NCBI GenBank assembly: GCA_041664925.1
Contig: JBAYJV010000002.1
Coordinates: 72,302 to 136,301 of the forward strand
Source of the DNA: Minisyncoccota bacterium
Lineage (GTDB): Bacteria; Patescibacteriota; Minisyncoccia; JBAYJV01
DNA: 64,000 bases
Direction of reading: 5' to 3'
The notes under the pieces were generated by a model. That model did not search any database. It was not told where the DNA came from and saw nothing but the letters and a program-made list of their open reading frames with translations. Of this stretch, positions 28,709 through 36,677 are shown piece by piece. Positions within the stretch are counted from its first letter, which is position 1; every line of letters begins with the position of its first letter. Position numbers and translations under genes: made by a program.

Positions 28709-29569
28709 ATGACAGGAATAAGAGCAATTGGCATCGATTTTGAGGGTTGTATCTCAGAGGCTGGCGGAGGAAGAGTTTCCTGGCCGACAAGAAACATCTT
28801 GAGACTTGGAGTTCTTCTTAGGGTTCTTTATCAAGAAACTGGTATCTGCGCGTTTCTTGTGACTGGACGCCAGGCACCATACGCAGAAGCAGCTCTTCAA
28901 GCCTTGGGAATTGTGACTGACATTCCAAGCATTGTCGAGAATGGATCAATTCTTTATTATCCAAAGACTAAAAAGTTTAATTTAAATCCTGCTATTACAG
29001 AAAGTGCTCTTTCTCGATTTATTGGAGTAAGACAACAGATCATTGATACAACTAAAATGTATCCATGTGTCAGAGAGCTAGGTAAGGAATTTATGCTTTC
29101 TTTCAGTGTTCAGCATGGGGCTATTGAAGCAAGCGAATTGGCACAAAACATTATTGAAGAAGTAGATGATCTGATCAAACTAGGTATTATTGAAGTAACA
29201 CATTCAAAGTCAGCTGTTGATGTGACTATTCGTGGTGTGAATAAGGGATCGGGTCTTGATTACTGGTCTTCAGAATGTAATATTGCCATAGAAAATTTGG
29301 CAGGTATTGGCGATTCTGAGGGAGATTTGCCAACGCTTGATAGGGTTAAAATGCCAATGTCTCCTGCAAATGTCACGCAGGGAGCCAAGAAAGTTGTTCT
29401 TAATCGTGATGGATATGTATCGCCATATCCTACAACGCAAGGAGTTATTGATTGCGTAACGCGGGTTACGGATAATTCTAGAGTACATCTATTGGCAGCA
29501 AGATTCATTGAAGAGATCACTATTGAGCGACCAACAGAAGATACGCATAAACTAGTTTTTGAAAGATAA
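28709..29569 (+). CDS. HAD-superfamily IIB hydrolase
   Basis: IDFEG motif I, TGR, ENG, NKGSG, GIGDSEGD. Confidence 0.85.
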   Translation: MTGIRAIGIDFEGCISEAGGGRVSWPTRNILRLGVLLRVLYQETGICAFLVTGRQAPYAEAALQALGIVTDIPSIVENGSILYYPKTKKFNLNPAITESALSRFIGVRQQIIDTTKMYPCVRELGKEFMLSFSVQHGAIEASELAQNIIEEVDDLIKLGIIEVTHSKSAVDVTIRGVNKGSGLDYWSSECNIAIENLAGIGDSEGDLPTLDRVKMPMSPANVTQGAKKVVLNRDGYVSPYPTTQGVIDCVTRVTDNSRVHLLAARFIEEITIERPTEDTHKLVFER

Positions 29570-29594
29570 AGTGAATGCCTGAGTAATATCAGGC

Positions 29595-29664
29595 ATTTTT
29601 TATTGACTTTTTAATATTAATATGGTAAGATAGGAGAGTTCTTATACAATGGATACGAGGAGGG
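29595..29664 (+). promoter_or_regulatory. Cassette promoter, boxA-like element and SD
   Basis: TTGACT-17-TAAGAT-5-AGTTCTT ... GAGGAGG. Confidence 0.8.
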
Positions 29665-29667
29665 AAG

Positions 29668-30528
29668 ATGGAACGAACAACGATCAAAGGGATCTTGTTT
29701 GATTGGGATGGATCAATGGTTCCGCAGGGCGGTTCAATTGATCCGAAAGTCGCTCAATTTCTCAGATTTCTTCATGAATTAGGAATCAAGATGGGGCCTG
29801 CGACAGGCAAGAATGCTGATTACATGCGAGGCGTCGCCTCTGGTGTCGGCATCTCCATGTGGGACTATGTCGTAGGAGAGAGTGGCGCTTTCTTGCTTCG
29901 ATTGATTGATGCGGGACCTCCGCCAGCCTTTGAAACGACCTGTCTTAGTGGTGATGGCCAAGAGAGTCTTTCTCTCTTTCGCTATCATGCCCGGATAGAC
30001 CAGATCAGAAGAACTCTCTGGGTTCGTGGACGACAAGTATCATACCGTCCAGAACTCAAGGAAATGATCATTACCCTCTTTCCTCCTGACAAAGATATAT
30101 CTGTCACCGAGGAATGGGTTTTGTATTTCGAAGAAATCATCCGAACGCACAGACTCAATCTCAAAGTTCAACGGCATCCTGATGGATGCATTGATATCGT
30201 TCCAATCGGAATCAGTAAGGGGAATGGCGTGTTGATGGTTTGCAAGCTTTTGGAGTGCAAACCGAAAAACATTCTTACGGTAGTTAATGGTTCAAATGAC
30301 AGAGAGCTTGCCGACGGAACAACAGCCATTGCTGTTGGTAATGCAAATCAGGACCTTAAGGAATTAGTGACACAACAAGGAGGTTATGTCGCTGAGCATC
30401 TTGATGGTCTCGGATTTATGGAGGGAGTCTTCTGGTTTGCAACAAAAGAAGCTTTTGGTGAGCTCTCGGGAAAGATCATCGATTATTTCAAAGATCCCGA
30501 GAACGTTCCGCTTTCCATGCGCCAGTAA
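29668..30528 (+). CDS. HAD-superfamily IIB hydrolase
   Basis: FDWDGS, ATGK, GESGA, SKGNG, NGSND. Confidence 0.85.
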   Translation: MERTTIKGILFDWDGSMVPQGGSIDPKVAQFLRFLHELGIKMGPATGKNADYMRGVASGVGISMWDYVVGESGAFLLRLIDAGPPPAFETTCLSGDGQESLSLFRYHARIDQIRRTLWVRGRQVSYRPELKEMIITLFPPDKDISVTEEWVLYFEEIIRTHRLNLKVQRHPDGCIDIVPIGISKGNGVLMVCKLLECKPKNILTVVNGSNDRELADGTTAIAVGNANQDLKELVTQQGGYVAEHLDGLGFMEGVFWFATKEAFGELSGKIIDYFKDPENVPLSMRQ

Positions 30529-30656
30529 GAAGCACAATGCCGACCTAACCCGTCGGCATTTTTAATATTAACAAAAAACACGCAAGTCATTGCGTATTTA
30601 ATAAGTTACATTAAATATGTTGAAAGTTGATGGTTGAAAATTTAAAATTATTCAAA

Positions 30657-31529
30657 TTACAATTTGAATAAAGAAGCTGCGCCGATTGCGCCGGCATCTA
30701 AATTGAGTTTGGCTCTAAGAATTTTTGTTTTTTGCTGAGCGATGGGCGAGAAGACATTTTCTTTAAAAGTTTTTAACATGTCTTTTTCAAAAAATTCCCA
30801 AGCTTGGGTGATGCCACCGCCAATAATAATTGCTTCCGGCTCAAACATATTACTAATGTCAGCCAATCCCAATCCTAACCAATAACCATACATTTTCCAA
30901 ACTCGAAGCGCTAACTCATGGCCACTTTGGGCTTTCTCGTAGAGAGTCTTGGGGTTATTGCCAGTTTGCCTTAAAATGAATTGAGAAGAGGCATATTGTT
31001 CCCAACAACCACGATTGCCACAGTTGCATTTTTCACCACCAGCTCGAACGATATTATGTCCCATTTCTGGCGCTGTCCCAAATGATCCTGTCCAAAGCTT
31101 GCCATCGAAAACAAAACCGCTGCCAAGTCCAGTTCCAAGAGTAATCACTACAACCGACTTAAATTTGCTTCCCTCTCCATAAAGATATTCTCCCCAAGCA
31201 AAACAATTAGCATCATTTTCTAGACGAATTTCTGTTGCGAATTCTTTTTCTAAAATTTTCTTAAAATTAATCCCAACGATATTTTTCAAATTTGGCGTTG
31301 CTAAAAGCGCTTCTTTTTTTTCATCTAATACTCCGGGAATGCCAATGCCAATTCCGGAAATTTCATGATCTCCTTTTAATTTCTTTATTAAATCTATTAA
31401 AAAAGTGTCCCAATGATCAGTCGGGGATTTTTCTTTTAACTTTTCTATGATTTTGCCATCACGGAAAACAATGCCAAAAGTTTTTGACCCGCCAATGTCT
31501 ACACCAATATAAGTTTTTATATTTTTCAT
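30657..31529 (-). CDS. ROK family sugar kinase
   Basis: GVDIGGSK, ENDANC, TLGTGLG, PEMGH, CNCGNRGCWE, AGAIGAA. Confidence 0.93.
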   Translation of the reverse strand: MKNIKTYIGVDIGGSKTFGIVFRDGKIIEKLKEKSPTDHWDTFLIDLIKKLKGDHEISGIGIGIPGVLDEKKEALLATPNLKNIVGINFKKILEKEFATEIRLENDANCFAWGEYLYGEGSKFKSVVVITLGTGLGSGFVFDGKLWTGSFGTAPEMGHNIVRAGGEKCNCGNRGCWEQYASSQFILRQTGNNPKTLYEKAQSGHELALRVWKMYGYWLGLGLADISNMFEPEAIIIGGGITQAWEFFEKDMLKTFKENVFSPIAQQKTKILRAKLNLDAGAIGAASLFKL

Positions 31530-31579
31530 TTATTTGAAGTGAGCTTTTATCTAAAATAAATTTTATTTAAAATGAGCCT

Positions 31580-32350
31580 TCATTTGAAGTAAAAAAAGCT
31601 TTGAGGAACAAGCTGAACCAAGTATTCTTCAGGATTACTGAGCCAAAAAAACTTTTCGGGATTTTCTTGAAACTGAAATAAAAGCCTAGAAGCATCTATT
31701 TCAAACAACATCAAATCCCGCGGACGAGCCATTCTAGGAATGGTCTTTTTGGGATAATTAGGATTTGGCACTACTTTAAACGAATCTTTGTCTTCTATTA
31801 TATAGGAAATTCCACCTTTGTGGATTTTATAAAAATCATATCCTGACTCAAAAGAAGCATCAAGAAGATTAGCCATGACTAGAGGTCTTTCGTCGAGATT
31901 AATCGTCACATGTCCATAGCCCGGAGGAATGACAACTTTTTCACCTTCAAATGCCTCAACCAAAATCGCATCTTTTAAATTATTTTTTTGTAAAAGATAT
32001 AAGGCGTGACCAGAAACCACTTCATAAATTTCTGGATATGCTACTTTTGTTTTAGGTTTATTTGGGTGATAATGCCCGACAGTTTTATTGAATTCATTGC
32101 CAATCTTTCTTGGAGGCAAAATCGTAATGTCATATCTTAAATTGCTTGACTCAAAAATGCCACGATACATAAGATAAAAGGGTTCTGAATCTTTGATCTC
32201 AGTAAATTTTTTACCATCATTAATAAATTTTTTTAATTCTTTGAATGTGCGAATATCCGGCTCAATCGGTGCAAAATTATTATAAAAATAAAGCTCGCCA
32301 TTGTCTTTGAGTTTTATGGGAATTCCAGATTGTTTTCTTAAATCAAGCAT
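31580..32350 (-). CDS. Cupin-type (archaeal-type) glucose-6-phosphate isomerase
   Basis: LRYDITIL, EFNKTVGHYH, PEIYEV, IPPGYGHVTIN. Confidence 0.88.
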   Translation of the reverse strand: MLDLRKQSGIPIKLKDNGELYFYNNFAPIEPDIRTFKELKKFINDGKKFTEIKDSEPFYLMYRGIFESSNLRYDITILPPRKIGNEFNKTVGHYHPNKPKTKVAYPEIYEVVSGHALYLLQKNNLKDAILVEAFEGEKVVIPPGYGHVTINLDERPLVMANLLDASFESGYDFYKIHKGGISYIIEDKDSFKVVPNPNYPKKTIPRMARPRDLMLFEIDASRLLFQFQENPEKFFWLSNPEEYLVQLVPQSFFYFK

Positions 32351-32402
32351 GAAGATTAGAATTTGGAAGTTAGAAGTTGGAAGTTAGAATTATTAATTCA
32401 TT

Positions 32403-33884
32403 TTAATCGTTTGGACCAAAAGGACCAGTGGGATTGTTGGGATAAATTCTGTATGGTTTTATGTTTTCAGTTTTTCGCGTACTCGTATCCATAATATTGT
32501 ACCCTTTTGCTTCTATTTTATCTCTAATTTTATCAGCTTCGTTATATTTTTTTTGTTCTTTTAGTTTATATCGTTCTTCTGCAAGTTTTTTTATGTCTTC
32601 AGGGCTATTATTTGTTCTTTTTATTATTCTTTTCAAATCAATTCCAATAATTTGATTAATATCCATAATAAAATCTTCAATTTTTACTGCATCGTTCTTA
32701 GATATTTTACCCTCGTCAATTAGATTATTAACCTTTTCTATAAATTCAAGAACCACAGATAGTGCATTTGGAGCATCAAGATCATTTTTAATAAATTCCA
32801 AAAAATTGGTTTTAGTTGTAAGTATTTTAGAATTCATAGTTTCTTTTTCTGTTTCATGAATATCTTCTCTCAGTCGATCTAAAAAGAATACTATAGTTTC
32901 TAGATTAGCTTTTGCTTGATCCAGCGCTTTCCAGGAAAAATCAAGAGGGGAGCGATAATGCGTTGAAAAGACCAGTAGGCGAAAAACGGAAGCGCCATAA
33001 CCTTTATCCAATATATTTTTTAGAATATAGAAATTGCCTTTTGATTTCGCCATTTTCTCACCATCAACCAAAAGGTGTCTTGGGTGGAACCAGAAATTTG
33101 CAAAAGGCTTGCCAGTTAGATTTTCTGATTGAGCAATTTCGTTTTCATGATGAGGGAAAATATTATCTTCGCCGCCCGTATGAATATCCAAAGTATCCAC
33201 GCCTAAGAATTTTCTGCTCATGACCGAACATTCAATATGCCAACCGGGATAACCTTTTCCCCAAGGAGAATCCCATTGCATCAGATGATCTTTTTCAGCT
33301 GGTCGCCACAAGTAAAAATCGAAAGGATTCTTTTTTCTTGGATCCGGTTTAATGCGACTGCCGGTTTCTAATTTTTCTAGAGTGTTGCCAGAAAGTTTTC
33401 CGTAATCCTTAAATTTAGTAACATCAAAAAAAACAGCACCGTCATTTTCATAAGCAAACTCCTTATCTATCAAGGTCTTTACCGCTTCGATCATTTCTGG
33501 AATATTTTCTGTTGCCCTGGGATAAAATTCTGCCGGTTCAATATTGAGGGTTTTTTCATCACTGCGAAAAGCATCTTCGTAATGCTTGGCAATGTCTTTG
33601 GGACTCAATTTTTCTTTTTTAGCTTTTTCTTCGATTTTATCTGCGCCCTCATCAATATCATCTTGGGTTAAATGACCAACATCAGTAATATTTTTTACTT
33701 GAATAACCTTATAACCTAAATATTCTAAAGTGCGTCTTAAAAAATCAGTTACGATGTAACTTCTAAAATTACCGATATGGGCATAATCATAAACCGTCGG
33801 TCCGCAAGTGTACATGAGCACTTCATTGCTAGATATTGGCCTAAACTCTTCTTTTTGCTTAGTTAAGGTATTGTACAATAACAT
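32403..33884 (-). CDS. cysS: Cysteine--tRNA ligase
   Basis: CGPTVYDYAHIGN, PGWHIECS, HHENE, KMAKS. Confidence 0.97.
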   Translation of the reverse strand: MLLYNTLTKQKEEFRPISSNEVLMYTCGPTVYDYAHIGNFRSYIVTDFLRRTLEYLGYKVIQVKNITDVGHLTQDDIDEGADKIEEKAKKEKLSPKDIAKHYEDAFRSDEKTLNIEPAEFYPRATENIPEMIEAVKTLIDKEFAYENDGAVFFDVTKFKDYGKLSGNTLEKLETGSRIKPDPRKKNPFDFYLWRPAEKDHLMQWDSPWGKGYPGWHIECSVMSRKFLGVDTLDIHTGGEDNIFPHHENEIAQSENLTGKPFANFWFHPRHLLVDGEKMAKSKGNFYILKNILDKGYGASVFRLLVFSTHYRSPLDFSWKALDQAKANLETIVFFLDRLREDIHETEKETMNSKILTTKTNFLEFIKNDLDAPNALSVVLEFIEKVNNLIDEGKISKNDAVKIEDFIMDINQIIGIDLKRIIKRTNNSPEDIKKLAEERYKLKEQKKYNEADKIRDKIEAKGYNIMDTSTRKTENIKPYRIYPNNPTGPFGPND

Positions 33885-33902
33885 GAATTTAGAATTTGGA
33901 AG

Positions 33903-34289
33903 TTAGAATTTAGTAGAATTAAAACTTTTTGATTTCGAAATCAAGCCATTTAACAATTTACCAACACTTATTACTTGTAAATCTATATTATCAAAAACAT
34001 CACTCGAAATATAACTTAGATCCCTGGCAATTAGAATTTGATTTTTGACTTCAGATAAAGATCCTAGAGCTACATAATAAAATTGTATTTTCTCTTTTAA
34101 ACTTTTTCTACAAAATCCTTCTGCAATATTACTTGTTATTGAAATAGAAGCTCTTCTTAATTGATTAGTTAATCCATGAATTTCATTTTTGGGAAAATTA
34201 CTTGTAGTTTTATAAATTAACAAAACAAGTTTATGCCCCTCTTGCCAGACGATCAAATCGCTAAAACTTTTAATTTTTCCTTTATTCAT
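33903..34289 (-). CDS. Four-helix-bundle protein (23S rRNA IVP / Avd-like family)
   Basis: SFSDLIVWQ...FPKNEIHGLTNQLRRASISITSNIAEG...ALGSLSEV. Confidence 0.92.
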   Translation of the reverse strand: MNKGKIKSFSDLIVWQEGHKLVLLIYKTTSNFPKNEIHGLTNQLRRASISITSNIAEGFCRKSLKEKIQFYYVALGSLSEVKNQILIARDLSYISSDVFDNIDLQVISVGKLLNGLISKSKSFNSTKF

Positions 34290-34347
34290 ATTCTATATTC
34301 CAACTTCTAAAATCTATCTTCTAACTTCCATATTCCATATTCTAATC
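34290..34347 (-). repeat. 7-nt-periodic repeat arm upstream of the four-helix-bundle gene
   Basis: On -: tagaata tggaata tggaagt tagaaga tagattt tagaagt tggaata tagaat ATG; complementary arm at 33885-33915. Confidence 0.85.
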
Positions 34348-35262
34348 CTAGAGCCACTTTCTCTTTCTAAAATAAGCGTACATCAAAAGGGATAGTATCG
34401 CAAATATTCCGATTAAAATCCAAAAATCATTATCCATGCCGATAATCGGCAAAACCTTAGTATCCCAAGCAAAAATCGCTGCCAGAAGCGATAGGGGAAA
34501 AGTAAAAGCAGAGATTACGGTCAAAACTTTGATTGCCTCATTGGTTTTGGCTGAGAAGAGGGTTTGATTGGTATCGTGAAGCATTTTAGCCGATTCATGA
34601 TAAGTTTCCAGAACATCGGCCACTTGTCTTGCCTGACCGCACAAGCTCTCTAAATAAGGTCTATATTTTGTTCCAAAAAGTTTAGTAATTTCCTTTTGGA
34701 GAGATTCCAAAATTTCATGATGGAATTTTATCATGCGCTTGAAGTTTGAAACATCGCGCATTAAATAGGCGATTTCTTCCAGCATCTGCCTTTCGTTGCC
34801 GCGATAAATTTCGCTTTCGCAGTGAAGAATATTTTTTCTAATATGTTCTAATTGCCTTTGGGAAAATTCAAAATTGGCGCTTAAAATATGATAAAGAAGC
34901 CTGACAGGATCTTTGAAATATTTTTTTTGAAGAATTGTGTCATTTTTCATAACTTCCTCCAATTCGTCCAGTGCCTGAATTTTTGTGTAATGAATCGTAG
35001 CAAGCGCTAAAGTGTTCTTAGTAATCAAAAAATCTAGCTCTCCGGGCTCAACGGTACGTTCTTTTTGATTATATATTGGAAAATGAATCACCATGTAAAT
35101 ATAATCTTTATAGCGCTCAACCTTAGCTCGCAAGGATGGTCTCTTTAGTTCTTCTAGGGTAATAGAATGGAATCCATAACTCTTTTTCAACTCTAACAAT
35201 TCATCCATTTTTGGAGATAAAAGTTGAAGCCAAGTTGTGTTATTGTTTTTTATTTTTTTCAT
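34348..35262 (-). CDS. corA: CorA-family Mg2+/Co2+ transporter
   Basis: RAKVERYKDYIYMVIHFP, TNEAIKVLTVIS, two C-terminal TMs; canonical GMN replaced by AWD. Confidence 0.8.
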   Translation of the reverse strand: MKKIKNNNTTWLQLLSPKMDELLELKKSYGFHSITLEELKRPSLRAKVERYKDYIYMVIHFPIYNQKERTVEPGELDFLITKNTLALATIHYTKIQALDELEEVMKNDTILQKKYFKDPVRLLYHILSANFEFSQRQLEHIRKNILHCESEIYRGNERQMLEEIAYLMRDVSNFKRMIKFHHEILESLQKEITKLFGTKYRPYLESLCGQARQVADVLETYHESAKMLHDTNQTLFSAKTNEAIKVLTVISAFTFPLSLLAAIFAWDTKVLPIIGMDNDFWILIGIFAILSLLMYAYFRKRKWL

Positions 35263-35280
35263 GATGACTTTGTTTTATGA

Positions 35281-35355
35281 TGTCATCCTGAGCGCAGCGA
35301 AGGATCTCTCTTTTTTACTTGCTATGGGATTCTTTGTCTTCGCCTCAGAATGACA
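35281..35355. repeat. REP-like GTCATCCTGA...TCAGAATGAC palindrome
   Basis: tgtcatcctgagcgcagcgaaggatc...gattc...ctcagaatgaca. Confidence 0.85.
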
Positions 35356-35446
35356 ACAAAATTGTGAATAGCTTAGTGCTTCCCATTTTATCAAAAAATC
35401 TTCAAAAAAACAAAAGCGGAGAAAAACATTCTCCGCTAATCGTTCT

Positions 35447-35614
35447 CTAAAGTGACGCTACTAATCCGTGACAAGCAAGAGCAAAAGAACAAGCGCTAAA
35501 GAAGTATATCGTTCTCTTCGAAGGACCCTCTTGTAATGATAAGAATCTAACAGCAAGACACAGAATTGTTACCGCAATAAGAAAACCGAGCAAAAACAGA
35601 ATTGACTCTTTCAT
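35447..35614 (-). CDS. Small 2-TM ORFan
   Basis: TAAGGAGG SD before ATG 35614. Confidence 0.6.
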   Translation of the reverse strand: MKESILFLLGFLIAVTILCLAVRFLSLQEGPSKRTIYFFSACSFALACHGLVASL

Positions 35615-35624
35615 TTGCTCCTCC

Positions 35625-35900
35625 TTAATGCGCAATTCCGGAAGATTCTTGCTTGAAACCCTCTGCGTATCTTTTTCTAAGGCGCTCACATTGTTCTGGT
35701 GTTAGACGTTTGTCCATTTTTTTCAACAAATCAGGACTAATGTCTCTCAATGGATTACCATGTAAAGCATCATATCTACCGCAACCATGATAAATAGTTT
35801 CAAGACATTCCATAAATGGCTTTCTACATGTGAATACAACAAACACTAGACCAAAAACCGCACCTAGAATTATTGGAAGATACGCCACGAAAAATTTCAT
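35625..35900 (-). CDS. Small membrane-anchored ORFan (cassette gene)
   Basis: TTGATT-16-TACAAT-8-AGTTCTTTAAA ... AAGGAGG at 35963-35905. Confidence 0.65.
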   Translation of the reverse strand: MKFFVAYLPIILGAVFGLVFVVFTCRKPFMECLETIYHGCGRYDALHGNPLRDISPDLLKKMDKRLTPEQCERLRKRYAEGFKQESSGIAH

Positions 35901-36061
35901 AATCCCTCCTTTTCTATTTAAAGAACTATAAGTTTATTGTATCAAATATTATTCAAAAATCAATCATATCTTTGTAATATAAATAAAAAAAGAGGCTAGT
36001 CTTCTGCGACTAGCCCTCTTAGTTCTGTCAGCGGCATGCCTGAGATGCCACGCAAGAACTC

Positions 36062-36463
36062 TTAGTCCTTTTCAAAGCGCAATCGAAGACTAAGCCATGC
36101 CAACTTCGGCAATGGCTCCTTGCTGTAAAGCGCCTTGTTTCTGATGTCGATCTTTCCCTTGGGAAAAACCTCCCGCTTAATGACCCGAAGGACCTGCGGA
36201 ATGATTTCGTGCCAAGAGAAAGCCGATCCGATCGTAACTTCTAGTTCGTATGGACGAATCCCTACTTCGGTCACGCCATTGATAGCCATCAAGGCGCGAA
36301 CAACCCTTGCTCCCTGTTCGCCAATCCTTTTAAGATAGGGATCAGAGGTTGGTCTAAGGGGTCCAAAGAATTCATTAAGAGAGTCGTCCGAGATTCGTTC
36401 TGAAACACCAAAAGACATCTTGCCTGGGGTTCCTTCCTCCAATACAACGATCTGCTTCTTCAT
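36062..36463 (-). CDS. ORFan with weak NifU N-terminal (Nfu_N)-like fold
   Basis: ALMAINGVTEVGI...LEVT...FSWHEIIPQV; own promoter TTGATT-17-TATAAT and AAAGGAG. Confidence 0.55.
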   Translation of the reverse strand: MKKQIVVLEEGTPGKMSFGVSERISDDSLNEFFGPLRPTSDPYLKRIGEQGARVVRALMAINGVTEVGIRPYELEVTIGSAFSWHEIIPQVLRVIKREVFPKGKIDIRNKALYSKEPLPKLAWLSLRLRFEKD

Positions 36464-36677
36464 TGCGTTGCTCCTTTTTCTTCCTCGTCTTCGTCTTCGT
36501 CTTCATCGTCGTCTTGTAGCTTGAGTTCTCAGGCAACTCTCACTACATCTCTATTATAGCATATTCCATTAAAAAAATCAAGCTTTTTAGTGTTTTTTAA
36601 CTAAATTAAAATTACGGAGGACGGACCTCCGTAAAATTAATAAGTTGATATTATTTGTAATTAATGAAATTAATTAT

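Noticed and set aside
33903-34289. Diversity-generating retroelement, suggested by the Avd-like fold
   Set aside because: No reverse transcriptase and no TR/VR pair differing at adenines was seen in the window
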